A stretch of 56,876 nt of DNA from assembly GCA_964556325.1 (NCBI GenBank), contig CAZKVS010000006.1, forward strand, positions 1 to 56,876. Reading direction: 5' to 3'. How positions within the stretch are numbered: the stretch's first letter is position 1; each line of letters opens with the position of its first letter. Shown here one piece after another: positions 26,212 to 35,447 of the stretch. The notes under the pieces were generated by a model. The model did not search any database and was not told where the DNA came from. It saw nothing but the letters and a program-made list of their open reading frames with translations. Made by a program: the position numbers and the translations under genes. Source of the stretch: an uncultured Candidatus Saccharibacteria bacterium (GTDB lineage: Bacteria; Patescibacteriota; Doudnabacteria; UBA920).

Positions 26212-27264
26212 GTGTTTGAACCAATTTTTAAAAGATTTTCTCAAGATATTGGCATAGACTTAGGTACAGCCAATACTTTGGTGTATGTAAAAGGTAAGGG
26301 TATTGTAATTAATGAGCCATCGGTGGTGGCCATCAATAATCGAACCAAACAAATTGTGGCTATTGGCAGCGAAGCGCAGAAAATGGTTGGTCGAACCCCC
26401 GGCTATATTACCGCTACACGTCCTCTGGTGGATGGAGTTATTTCTGATTTTGAAGTGACTGAGCAAATGCTTCGGTATTTTATAGACAAGGTACATGCAG
26501 GCACGTATAGTTTTTTACGTCGTCCACGGGTAGTAATTGGTATCCCTAGTGGTGTTACTGAGGTGGAGAAGCGTGCGGTGCAGGATGCAGCTATAAACGC
26601 GGGTGCGCGAAAAGCATTTTTGGTTGAGGAGCCTATGGCAGCGGCAATTGGTGCGCGGCTTCCCGTACAGGATGCTATAGGGAGCTTGGTTGTTGATATT
26701 GGCGGTGGCACTACAGAAATTGCTGTTATTTCTTTGGGTGGTGTCGTGGTTGCTCGAAGCATTCGCGTTGCGGGTGATAAAATGAACCAGTCCATTGTGC
26801 AGCATGCTCGAGATAGGTTTAACTTACTCATTGGTGAACGTACTGCGGAAGATGTGAAAATTAAAATTGGTTCCGCAGGGGTATTGCCTGAACCTATGCA
26901 AGCACCGGCGCGAGGGCGTGATTTGCTTACGGGCTTACCGAAAGAGATTATTTTTACGGATGCAGATGCGCGGGAAGCGCTGGCACAGCCGGTTCGTAAC
27001 ATTGTTGATAACCTTAGGGCAGTCATAGAAGAGATCCCTCCAGAAATTGTGGCTGATATAATGCATCGAGGTGTAGTCCTTGCCGGTGGTGGTGCGTTGT
27101 TGCGAGGCTTGAGCGAGTTATTGGCTGGCGAAATAAAAATGCCTGTACAAGTGGCAGATGATCCTTTGACATGTGTAGCGCGTGGAACGGGAGTAATAGT
27201 TGAAGACTTGGAGTCTTTGAGCGATGTGCTGTTGCCCGCAGATTTTGAGAGTATGGGAAGATAG
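26212..27264 (+). CDS. mreB: rod shape-determining protein MreB
   Basis: DIGIDLGTANTLVY, EPMAAAIGA, DIGGGTTEIAVISLGG and VLAGGGALLRGL. GTG start. Confidence 0.95.
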   Translation: MFEPIFKRFSQDIGIDLGTANTLVYVKGKGIVINEPSVVAINNRTKQIVAIGSEAQKMVGRTPGYITATRPLVDGVISDFEVTEQMLRYFIDKVHAGTYSFLRRPRVVIGIPSGVTEVEKRAVQDAAINAGARKAFLVEEPMAAAIGARLPVQDAIGSLVVDIGGGTTEIAVISLGGVVVARSIRVAGDKMNQSIVQHARDRFNLLIGERTAEDVKIKIGSAGVLPEPMQAPARGRDLLTGLPKEIIFTDADAREALAQPVRNIVDNLRAVIEEIPPEIVADIMHRGVVLAGGGALLRGLSELLAGEIKMPVQVADDPLTCVARGTGVIVEDLESLSDVLLPADFESMGR

Positions 27265-27273
27265 AATATAACA

Positions 27274-27397
27274 AGCACCAAATTACAAAATACAAATAAC
27301 AAGTAAATCCCAATATATAAATTCAAAATATAAAAATAGGATACGGGCTTTGGAAATTTGGAACTTGTTTGGTACTTGTATTTTGTAATTTGGTGCT
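27274..27397. repeat. 22-bp perfect inverted repeat hairpin (mreB-mreC spacer)
   Basis: AGCACCAAATTACAAAATACAA (27274-27295) is the exact reverse complement of TTGTATTTTGTAATTTGGTGCT (27376-27397). Confidence 0.85.
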
Positions 27398-27411
27398 TTA
27401 TTTAAAATGAT

Positions 27412-28212
27412 ATGGTTTCCTTAATTCCGAAATGGTTTCGTTACTTTGGAATAGTGTTGTTGATTGCTGTGGTTCTTGGTTTTTTTCAGATGAGAACCTG
27501 GCTTACTCGACCACTGGGCATGGTTGGTAGTGTTCTAACCGTGGTCACTTCTCCTATTCGATCAGTAGCGGTGTGGTCTAGGCAGTCAGTTGCGAGTATT
27601 GCTTCTTTGCGGGGTTTGTATGTGGAGAATGCAGAGCTTAAGCAACGGGTTGCCAGTCTTGAACAACAAGTTTCGAGTTTGCAGGGCGTGGAGTCAGAAA
27701 ATGCTGTTCTTAAAGCAACGTTGGGGTTTACAGATCGTCCCCCTGTCCACATTGTTCCGTGTACGGTGGTAACACGTGATCCAGAAGGGTTAACTCAGAC
27801 ATTGCTGTTGTCATGCGGAAGTGCACAGGGTGTCGTGGTGGGGCAAGGGGTAGTCAGTCAGGGCTATTTAGTTGGGAAGGTTATATTAGTTGCTTCAAAT
27901 AGCGCTACCGTTCGGCTCATTACTGCTCCTGCTACAGCGATTGATGTGCGAGTTGCGAGCCGACAAACGAGTGGGGTATTGCGGGGGTCCTTTGGATCAG
28001 GCTTAGAACTGGATTTTATTTCTGATACAAGCGGTGTCGTAGTGGGGGACTTGGTGACTACTGCCGGGGTGAATGCGCGCATACCTCCGGATGTGCTAGT
28101 GGGAAGCGTGGCTCATGTAGAAAAAAAATCTGGGGCACTGTTTTCTCAAATTACCATAAAGAGTCCTGTGGATTTAAGGGATATACGCTTCGTGCATGTT
28201 TTAGAACCGTAA
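27412..28212 (+). CDS. mreC: rod shape-determining protein MreC
   Basis: N-terminal TM helix, a coiled coil (ENAELKQRVASLEQQVSSLQ) and a beta-barrel part (GQGVVSQGYLVGKV, LVTTAG). Synteny: mreB-mreC-mreD-PBP2. Confidence 0.85.
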   Translation: MVSLIPKWFRYFGIVLLIAVVLGFFQMRTWLTRPLGMVGSVLTVVTSPIRSVAVWSRQSVASIASLRGLYVENAELKQRVASLEQQVSSLQGVESENAVLKATLGFTDRPPVHIVPCTVVTRDPEGLTQTLLLSCGSAQGVVVGQGVVSQGYLVGKVILVASNSATVRLITAPATAIDVRVASRQTSGVLRGSFGSGLELDFISDTSGVVVGDLVTTAGVNARIPPDVLVGSVAHVEKKSGALFSQITIKSPVDLRDIRFVHVLEP

Positions 28213-28341
28213 TTAATAAGAGTCTATAAGGTTGAAGGTCTTCAAGTCTAAAGTCAATAACCGTGTGGGTGAGCCCACCTTTAACGACATGGGTATTACG
28301 ACTTTAGACCTGACGACTTTATGACTTTTGACTAATACCGT

Positions 28342-28872
28342 ATGCGTTCAATCTGGTGGCCAATTGTTCTTTTGTGTGTACTGTGGGTGTGTACTGCGGT
28401 CATTTTGCCTGCTTGGTTTGGAGTTGTCTGGATACCCCGATTGGTGCTCGCGGGCTTGCTGGTGCTTGCTGCAACAGATGCCGAGTTCAAGTGGCACTGG
28501 TGTGCCCCCATTGCAGGTCTAGTTTTTGACTTTTCCACCGGAACTTTACCTGGTACGTATATGATTGGTTTTTCAATAATTTATATTTTGGTTCGCGTTA
28601 GTTTTTTTAGAATTGTACCGTCAGATAAGATTATCCCAACGCTCGGCCTTGTCTTTATTCTCGCTACTTTTTTATTAAGTGTGTGGATGTACCTAATTGG
28701 AGTGCTTGCGATCGTATTGAACTACCCCGTTGTTCCTATTAACATGTGGAATATGCCGCTGATAGAGCTGTTGCGAACTGGCGTTGGCGCGCTGGTGACT
28801 ATTGGAATTTATCTCATATGGTTAGAGTTTGTACATACATTTTCTAAACCCATTCGACTTCGTCGTATGTAG
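28342..28872 (+). CDS. mreD: rod shape-determining protein MreD (by position; polytopic membrane protein)
   Basis: 176 aa with about 5 TM helices, located between mreC and PBP2. Confidence 0.55.
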   Translation: MRSIWWPIVLLCVLWVCTAVILPAWFGVVWIPRLVLAGLLVLAATDAEFKWHWCAPIAGLVFDFSTGTLPGTYMIGFSIIYILVRVSFFRIVPSDKIIPTLGLVFILATFLLSVWMYLIGVLAIVLNYPVVPINMWNMPLIELLRTGVGALVTIGIYLIWLEFVHTFSKPIRLRRM

Positions 28873-28883
28873 AAATATAGTAT

Positions 28884-30833
28884 ATGTCAGATTATCTAGA
28901 TACAATTGATATAGTGGACAGTCCTCATATGCCGCATGGAGATTTAGAGTGGGAGGAGGCTGCGTTTACACCAGTTAGTCCAACTCAAGACCCACGGAGC
29001 TTGGAAGGTACCGGCCATGCTAAATGGTGGCTGCGTATCTTACTCGCATTGAGCGTGTTGGCGTTGGTTGGTAGGTTGGGCTGGCTACAGCTTGGACAGG
29101 GTTCGGAAATGCGCGCGCTCGCTGATGGCAATCGATTGCGAGAGCGAGTGTTGCTAGCCCCGCGGGGTGAAATCCTTGACCGCAATGGGGAAGTCTTAGC
29201 TCGGAGTGCGCCAAGCTTTCGTTTGTTGGTTGTGCCGTTTGATGTACCAAAGGGTCAGTTTTCGGACAGGCTTGCGGAATTGGCAAAGGCATTAAGTTTG
29301 GACACTGCTGCCCTGACTGAATCTACAAAAAGTCTTGATCAAAAAAGTGTCCAGCCAGTGACGCTTGTGAGTAATCTCAGTAAGAATCAAGCGGTTTTAT
29401 TTGAAACTCGTTCAGTAGAGTTTCCAGGCTTTCTGGTTCAAGCAGTACCGGTGAGAGAGTATACAAGTCCTTTCGCCTTTGCGCACGTGCTTGGTATAAC
29501 GGGTAGCATTGGGGATTCTGACGATTATTTGAAAAATCCCTTATATTCCCCGCAGGATGTAGTGGGTAAAAACGGTCTTGAGTATTCATATGAGTCTGTA
29601 TTGAAGGGCGCAAACGGTCATGATCTCGTTGAAGTTGATGCGGCCGGGTCAGTGGTAAAGAGTTTAGGTCAGCTACCAAGCAGTCCTGGCGCAACATTTC
29701 ACTCTACACTTGATAAAGGCCTACAAGAGGTGCTCTATGCTCAGTATGCCGATAAACCATACATGAAGGGCGCTGCCGTTGCCTTAGATCCAAAAACTGG
29801 AGCTGTGCTCGCGTTAGTATCATTTCCTAGCTTTGACGGTAACGCATTCGCTCAAGGCATGAGTACAGCGGCGTATCAAGCATTGCTTAGTAATACTCAG
29901 TTACCCCTATTTAATCGCGTAATTGGCGCGCAACTACCTCCTGGCTCAACAGTTAAACCGATGGTTGGTATAGCAGCCTTGCAAGAGGGAGTTGTTACAG
30001 ATAGAACCATTATTTATGACAAGGGCAAAATTACAGTTCCGAACCAGTTTAATCCCGCCATTAGCTATGACTTCGTAGGTTGGAAACGGACAGGCTTGGG
30101 TCCTATGACCGTGCGTTCCGCTATTGCTTCTAGCAGTGATATTTACTTTTATGTGGTTGGCGGGGGTTATCCTGGATCAGGAGTAGATGGATTAGGTATT
30201 GAGAAGTTGTCCTCATATTATAGAAAATTTAATTTAGGCAAACCTACCGGTATAGATTTGCCCGGAGAAAAGCCAGGGGTGGTTGCCGATCCGGCATGGA
30301 AAGAGTCTTTCTTTAAATCCGATCCCATACTTGGTAAATGGTACTTAGGCGACACGTATCACGTATCGATTGGTCAGGGTGATATGCTCACAACCCCTCT
30401 GCAGGTTGCTGAGTGGACCGCTACTATTGCCAACAATGGTGTAGGTATGAAGCCGCATGTGCTAGACCGGGCAGAGGACCAATCAGGTGCGACTGTGGCA
30501 GAATTTAAGCCCGAAGTGCTTATACCAAAAGTGGCGGATGATAATGTTATTTCAATTGTACAACAAGGTATGCGGCAGACAGTGCTTGCCGGCAGCGCGC
30601 AGCAGTTGCAGTCACTGCCCATCACCTCAGCGGGTAAGACCGGTACAGCCCAGTTCGATAACAACGCGAGCGAACACGCGTGGTTTACGTCTTATGCTCC
30701 GTATGAGGACCCTCAAATCGTCTTGACTGTTCTTGTTGAGGGGGGTGGAGAAGGTCATGCGGTTGCAGGGCCTATAGCAAGAGAGGTTTTAAAATGGTGG
30801 GCTGAGCATCGCTATAAATCAAGCGGAAAGTAA
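28884..30833 (+). CDS. mrdA: penicillin-binding protein 2 (elongasome transpeptidase)
   Basis: PBP dimerisation domain plus transpeptidase motifs STVKP (SxxK), SSD (SxN-like) and KTGTA (KTG). Confidence 0.9.
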   Translation: MSDYLDTIDIVDSPHMPHGDLEWEEAAFTPVSPTQDPRSLEGTGHAKWWLRILLALSVLALVGRLGWLQLGQGSEMRALADGNRLRERVLLAPRGEILDRNGEVLARSAPSFRLLVVPFDVPKGQFSDRLAELAKALSLDTAALTESTKSLDQKSVQPVTLVSNLSKNQAVLFETRSVEFPGFLVQAVPVREYTSPFAFAHVLGITGSIGDSDDYLKNPLYSPQDVVGKNGLEYSYESVLKGANGHDLVEVDAAGSVVKSLGQLPSSPGATFHSTLDKGLQEVLYAQYADKPYMKGAAVALDPKTGAVLALVSFPSFDGNAFAQGMSTAAYQALLSNTQLPLFNRVIGAQLPPGSTVKPMVGIAALQEGVVTDRTIIYDKGKITVPNQFNPAISYDFVGWKRTGLGPMTVRSAIASSSDIYFYVVGGGYPGSGVDGLGIEKLSSYYRKFNLGKPTGIDLPGEKPGVVADPAWKESFFKSDPILGKWYLGDTYHVSIGQGDMLTTPLQVAEWTATIANNGVGMKPHVLDRAEDQSGATVAEFKPEVLIPKVADDNVISIVQQGMRQTVLAGSAQQLQSLPITSAGKTGTAQFDNNASEHAWFTSYAPYEDPQIVLTVLVEGGGEGHAVAGPIAREVLKWWAEHRYKSSGK

Positions 30834-30836
30834 AAA

Positions 30837-30884
30837 GTGTACAGTGAACAGTGAAAATAATGATTGCGTCTGTTCACTGTACAC
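30837..30884. repeat. word hairpin, family CAGTGAACAG/CTGTTCACTG (PBP2-folD spacer)
   Basis: GTGTACAGTGAACAG (30837-30851) is the exact reverse complement of CTGTTCACTGTACAC (30870-30884). Confidence 0.8.
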
Positions 30885-30899
30885 TGTAAACTGTACTCT

Positions 30900-31748
30900 A
30901 TGTTGATTGATGGAAAAGTAATTGCACAGTCTATATATGAAGATGTAGCTACCCGGGTCTCGCGGTTGCCCTTTAAGCCCATTTTTTGTGATGTGCTTAT
31001 AGGGGAAGATCCTGCCTCTGTGCAGTATGTTCAGATGAAGGCACGAAAGGCTGAGCAATTAGGTTTTGAATTTTTACAGGCTAGTTTTCCCGGTTCTGTC
31101 TCGGAGGTCGAGGTGGTCGCTCGTATTCATGATATTTGTCGTATGCCTGAAGTGGCGGGCCTTATTGTGCAATTGCCCATACCGATTGGTTTCAACAAAG
31201 ATACAATAGTGAATGCTATTAGCCTCGAAGTGGATGTTGACTGTTTGACTCAGCGTAACGCCGCATTATTTTACGCAAATCAATTGTTATTTGTACCGCC
31301 CACACCTGCCGCTATTTTGGCAGTGCTAGATAGTCTGCCACGCACGCACGCACTACCTGGTGCACGGTGTGTGGTAGTTGGCCAGGGTGAGCTCGTGGGT
31401 AAACCAATTACGCATTTACTTAAAGCTCGAGGCGCGCAGGTGGAAGTTATTACTCGCAATACGGTTCATCCCGAACTAGTCGCAGCCCAGGCAGAGGTGC
31501 TTATTACGGGCGTGGGTCAGCCGGGGTTGATTACTGCTTCGTGGGTTAAGGACGGCGCCGTAGTAATAGACGCAGGCACAGCAGAAAGTGGAGGAAGCGT
31601 AGTGGGAGATGTAGATGCGGAGAACGTGCAGCAAAAGGCGGCATTTCTATCGCCAACCCCAGGGGGTGTTGGTCCTATAACAGTCGCCAAGTTGTTTTGG
31701 AATGTGCTGCAGGTGGCAGAAGCGAAAGCCCGAGTTAGTAATAAGTAA
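30900..31748 (+). CDS. folD: bifunctional methylenetetrahydrofolate dehydrogenase/cyclohydrolase
   Basis: LIDGKVIAQSI, DPASVQYVQMK, GLIVQLPIP, VVVGQGELVGKP and PGGVGPITVA. The start is taken at ATG 30900. Confidence 0.9.
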   Translation: MLIDGKVIAQSIYEDVATRVSRLPFKPIFCDVLIGEDPASVQYVQMKARKAEQLGFEFLQASFPGSVSEVEVVARIHDICRMPEVAGLIVQLPIPIGFNKDTIVNAISLEVDVDCLTQRNAALFYANQLLFVPPTPAAILAVLDSLPRTHALPGARCVVVGQGELVGKPITHLLKARGAQVEVITRNTVHPELVAAQAEVLITGVGQPGLITASWVKDGAVVIDAGTAESGGSVVGDVDAENVQQKAAFLSPTPGGVGPITVAKLFWNVLQVAEAKARVSNK

Positions 31749-31834
31749 TGAGTAATAGGAATTAATACCTATTGGCTTTCCTTATTACTGATACTAAGTA
31801 CTAATTACTGATTGGCGGTGGATAACCCAAGCCG

Positions 31835-31863
31835 TTGACACGGGGTTGTCTTACCTGTAAAAT
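31835..31863 (+). promoter_or_regulatory. sigma70-type promoter TTGACA-17-TAAAAT upstream of greA
   Basis: TTGACA at 31835-31840, a 17-nt spacer, and TAAAAT at 31858-31863. Confidence 0.5.
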
Positions 31864-31961
31864 AGGTCAAAGTTACCTTATTGTAGATTGTTGATTGCAA
31901 ATTGTAGATTTGCGTTCAAATTCCAATCTGTAATCCTCAATTTAAAATTTGCAATTGTATT

Positions 31962-32423
31962 ATGTCCAAGAAATATCTATTAACCCCAGAAGGGTTAGCT
32001 AAACTGAACGAAGAATTAAAACACCTCATTGAAGTAAAGCGCAAAGAGGTTATTGAGCGTATCCGTGAAGCAGCGGCTCACGGTGATTTAAGCGAGAATG
32101 CAGATTATGCCCAAGCTCGCGAAGAGCAGTCGTTTATTGAAGGTCGTATTCAGGAAATTGAAGAAATGGTTAAGAACGCAGAAATTATCACTGCGTCTAC
32201 TCAGCATAACGTTATTTCAATTGGCTCCACCGCTGTCGTAAAGGTTGCCGGACAAGATAGAAAATACACCATAGTGGGAAGCAACGAGGCTAACCCGTCC
32301 GAAGGTAAAATTTCCAACGAATCACTTGTAGGAAAGTCTTTGCTTGGTAAGCGAGTAGGCGATAAAGTGCCGGTAACCACCCCCGCAGGTGAAACTATTT
32401 ACGAAATTACTGCTATTGAGTAA
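31962..32423 (+). CDS. greA: transcription elongation factor GreA
   Basis: 153 aa with LTPEGLAKLNEELKHL and GDLSENADYAQAREEQSFIEGRI. Confidence 0.93.
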   Translation: MSKKYLLTPEGLAKLNEELKHLIEVKRKEVIERIREAAAHGDLSENADYAQAREEQSFIEGRIQEIEEMVKNAEIITASTQHNVISIGSTAVVKVAGQDRKYTIVGSNEANPSEGKISNESLVGKSLLGKRVGDKVPVTTPAGETIYEITAIE

Positions 32424-32438
32424 ATCTTGAAAGAGTTC

Positions 32439-32471
32439 ATCCGCCCGTGGTCACCACGGGCGGATTTTGTT
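32439..32471 (+). terminator. rho-independent terminator after greA
   Basis: ATCCGCCCGTGG (32439-32450) pairs with CCACGGGCGGAT (32454-32465) and is followed by TTTTGTT. Confidence 0.8.
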
Positions 32472-32500
32472 ATAATTAAAGCAAATCAGGGAATAGCGTA

Positions 32501-32568
32501 TAGGGCTAAGGGCTAAGTAAAATACAGTACATTTTACACCCTTAACCTTACATCCTTAGCCCTTAGCA
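32501..32568. repeat. word hairpin, family AGGGCTAAGGGCTAAG (greA-lysS spacer)
   Basis: TAGGGCTAAGGGCTAAG (32501-32517) opposes CCTTAGCCCTTAGC (32555-32568). The same words form a 16-bp inverted repeat inside dnaE (44622-44679). Confidence 0.8.
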
Positions 32569-32575
32569 CTAACAT

Positions 32576-34486
32576 ATGAGTGAACGACTAGAAGATATAC
32601 GTGCTCGGCGTATCGAAAAAATTAAACATCTTGAACAGGCAGGAATAGAGGCTTATCCTTCGACGACTGCTCGTACCCATTCCAATGCGGACGCTTTGGC
32701 ACATTTTAATGATCTGCAAGGTCAGCGCGTTACCTTAGTTGGTCGTATTCGAAGCATGCGCGGGATGGGTAAGATTTTGTTTGCCCATGTAGAGGATGGT
32801 ACTGCCCGCGTGCAAATTTTGGTAAAACAAGAAGAGGTTGGCGATGCGCAGTTTAATTTTTTCTTAGACACCTTTGATACGGGTGATTTCGTGGAAGTTA
32901 CCGGGACATTGTTTGAAACAAAAACTGGAGAGAAGACTCTCCAGGCTTCTGCATATCGGCTTCTTGCAAAAAGCCTCCTTCCATTGCCGAGTGACTATTT
33001 TGGTATAACCGATGAAGAAACGCGTTTACGTAAACGATACTTGGATATTCTGTTTGATCCCGCAACCAAAGAGCTATTTGTGCAGAAAGCAAAGTTTTGG
33101 CAAGCCTTTCGTAACTTTTTGCTGCAGCGAGACTTTGTGGAAATGTACATGCCTATTTTGGAGCCCACGACGGGGGGTGCGGAAGCTGAACCGTTTGTGA
33201 CCCATCACAATGCATTGGGTCGAGATTTTTATTTGCGTATATCACTAGAGCTTCCTCTCAAGAAAATGCTTGTGGCTGGGTATGAAAAAGTATTTGAACT
33301 TGGTCGGATTTTTCGGAACGAAGGGATTAGTACGACTCATTTGCAGGACTATACGCAAATGGAATTTTATTGGGCCTATGCTGATTTTAATCAGCTCTTA
33401 GAGTTTTGGCAGGAAATGTACCAATACGTCATCCAGGAGACCTTTGGGACCTTGCAAATTACCGTAGAGGGTCAGGTGTGTGACTGGAGCGGGCAGTGGG
33501 AGCGGGTAAATTATCTAGATCTGTTTTTAAGGCATACGGACATCGATTTAGAAACTGCAACTGACGACCAACTGCGAGCCTATTGCGATACTCACAATAT
33601 AACGTACGAATCTTTTGTCCGCCGTGGTCGACTCATTGATCTTATATTTAAAAAGATTCGAGTTAACTTACCAAAGGATAAGCCAATCTTTTTGATTAAC
33701 CAACCTATAGAGCTAGAGCCATTGGCGAAAAAAGTACCGGGCAACCCTAAGCTAGTGCAGCGAGCGCAGCTTATTGCCTACGGAAGTGAGCTTGGAAAAG
33801 GATTTGGGGAGTTAAACGATCCACTGGATCAGCGTGCGCGTTTTGAAGAGCAGGAAAAACTCCGCCAAGCAGGTGATGTAGAAGCGCAGATGATTGATGA
33901 AGGCTATGTGGAAGCTATGGAGTATGGTATGCCTCCCGCGGCCGGCTTTGGTGTAGCAGACCGCTTGTTCTCTATGTTGGCGGGGCGTCCTATTCGCGAA
34001 ACTGTGGTGTTTCCACCTATGAAAGAAGAAACAAGCGAGAAGGGGCAAGTGACCGGGAAATCTAAGGAGTCTAAAATTGCCGTAGCCGTAATAAATGAGG
34101 GTGCAAGCCTAGAAGAATGGCAGCGATTAAATACAGTGGCCCATTTGACTGCTGCGTTTGGCGCACGCGCTGGCAAACAGCTATTGCTGCAAGACGAAAT
34201 TAGTACAAGTGATAGCCAGCAGATAAAGTTGAATATTCAGCATGCAATTATGCTTAAAGCTGGCAACTCGAGCGAGGAACTTAGGAAACTGGCGCAGGAA
34301 GCAAAAGAGCAGGGATTGGAAGTGACGGAGTTTACTCGCGAGATGATTGAAACCACCGATGACCGTAAAGTGATTGAGTGGACCAAGCAAAAGAACTTGG
34401 CAGATGTGGAGTATTTAGGTGTGCTAGTCTTTGGCAAGAAATCTGCTGTAGAACCCTTAACGAAAGAGTTTCCTCTTCATACATAG
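32576..34486 (+). CDS. lysS: lysyl-tRNA synthetase (class II) fused to a C-terminal DUF2000 (PTH2-like fold) domain
   Basis: The LysRS body runs to ...ADRLFSMLAGRPIRETVVFPPMK (~aa 485). It is followed by a ~150-aa extension, SKIAVAVINEGASLEEWQRLNTVAHLTAAFG...EFPLHT, that matches my memory of DUF2000 proteins (KIAV..., W.KLN..A.L, C-terminal LH). Confidence 0.85.
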   Translation: MSERLEDIRARRIEKIKHLEQAGIEAYPSTTARTHSNADALAHFNDLQGQRVTLVGRIRSMRGMGKILFAHVEDGTARVQILVKQEEVGDAQFNFFLDTFDTGDFVEVTGTLFETKTGEKTLQASAYRLLAKSLLPLPSDYFGITDEETRLRKRYLDILFDPATKELFVQKAKFWQAFRNFLLQRDFVEMYMPILEPTTGGAEAEPFVTHHNALGRDFYLRISLELPLKKMLVAGYEKVFELGRIFRNEGISTTHLQDYTQMEFYWAYADFNQLLEFWQEMYQYVIQETFGTLQITVEGQVCDWSGQWERVNYLDLFLRHTDIDLETATDDQLRAYCDTHNITYESFVRRGRLIDLIFKKIRVNLPKDKPIFLINQPIELEPLAKKVPGNPKLVQRAQLIAYGSELGKGFGELNDPLDQRARFEEQEKLRQAGDVEAQMIDEGYVEAMEYGMPPAAGFGVADRLFSMLAGRPIRETVVFPPMKEETSEKGQVTGKSKESKIAVAVINEGASLEEWQRLNTVAHLTAAFGARAGKQLLLQDEISTSDSQQIKLNIQHAIMLKAGNSSEELRKLAQEAKEQGLEVTEFTREMIETTDDRKVIEWTKQKNLADVEYLGVLVFGKKSAVEPLTKEFPLHT

Positions 34487-34509
34487 GTCTTATATGACCA
34501 ATTGGACTA

Positions 34510-34806
34510 ATGAGACTTATGGTATTATCTCCAGAACAAATTAACGCTAAACTGCATGCGGTCCAGGGCTGGAAATTGGATGGCGCTCGTATTGCAAAAA
34601 CCTATCGGTTTGCAGATTTTGCTACTGCTTTGCAGCTCGTAAACGCCGTGGCGGTAATTGCTGAACATTATAATCACCATCCGGACATCACGCTAAAGTA
34701 TGGCGAAGCTGCTTTTGCGCTTACTACCCATGATATGGGAGGGGTAACAAAAAAAGACTTAGATATGGCTATAGAGATTGAGAAGGCCGCGGTAGCATTT
34801 GTATAA
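34510..34806 (+). CDS. pterin-4-alpha-carbinolamine dehydratase (PCD/DCoH family)
   Basis: 98 aa with GWKLDG...IAKTYRFADFATALQLVNAVAVIAEHYNHHPDI, the HHP motif typical of PCD. Confidence 0.85.
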   Translation: MRLMVLSPEQINAKLHAVQGWKLDGARIAKTYRFADFATALQLVNAVAVIAEHYNHHPDITLKYGEAAFALTTHDMGGVTKKDLDMAIEIEKAAVAFV

Positions 34807-34811
34807 TTTGT

Positions 34812-35240
34812 ATGAACACAGACCGGAAACAGCTCGTTATTGTACTCGGGGCGGTGCGAGATGAGAAGAAGCAAATATTGGTTGCGCGTCGAGTCGACGC
34901 GTCCGTGCCAGATGCATTCGGCAAGTGGGAGTTTGTAGGAGGAGCGGTAGACTTTGGAGAGGACCCGGAGACTGCTCTCGTCCGTGAAGTGGCAGAAGAA
35001 TCTGGTTTGGTAGTTCGAGTGGTACGTTTATTGCCGAAAATTTTCACCCACGTGTGGAAGACTGAACGAGGTGAGAACATTCATGTACTGCTCATTACCT
35101 ATGAGTGTGCGGTAGTGAGTGGTCAGCTCAATAACAACCGTGTGGCTGATGAAATAGGTGACCTGCAGTTTGTAAGTCCTACGGTGCTTCAAAAAATGGA
35201 CATGCTGCCAAATGTAAGAGAAACGTTGCAATATTTATGA
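34812..35240 (+). CDS. NUDIX hydrolase (MutT-like)
   Basis: Nudix box GGAVDFGEDPETALVREVAEESGL. Confidence 0.85.
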   Translation: MNTDRKQLVIVLGAVRDEKKQILVARRVDASVPDAFGKWEFVGGAVDFGEDPETALVREVAEESGLVVRVVRLLPKIFTHVWKTERGENIHVLLITYECAVVSGQLNNNRVADEIGDLQFVSPTVLQKMDMLPNVRETLQYL

Positions 35241-35317
35241 TTATTCAGTTACTAACCGTTATACGACCTACTTTAAAGCCGTGGAGATTCTTTTCTTGAC
35301 GCTTGGCGTCTTATGAG

Positions 35318-35425
35318 AGATACCAATATACTAATGGTACTAATGAAACGAATAAATACTAATTCTTTCTTAGCACGCATTAGTAAACATTAGTATCATT
35401 CGTACAGATTAGTATATTGGTATCT
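35318..35425. repeat. empty copy of the AGATACCAATATAC-terminated hairpin element (MITE-like)
   Basis: AGATACCAATATACTAAT (35318-35335) is the exact reverse complement of ATTAGTATATTGGTATCT (35408-35425). The termini and an internal 17-mer (CATTAGTATCATTCGTA) are identical to the element carrying the GxxExxY gene at 38099-38570. Confidence 0.75.
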
Positions 35426-35447
35426 GTTATTAATTAGTATTACATAT

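Noticed and set aside
26403-27326. A 307-aa ORF antisense to mreB.
   Set aside because: It lies fully within the strongly conserved mreB gene on the opposite strand. The translation is Ser/Thr/Ala/Pro/Arg-rich low complexity with no motif.
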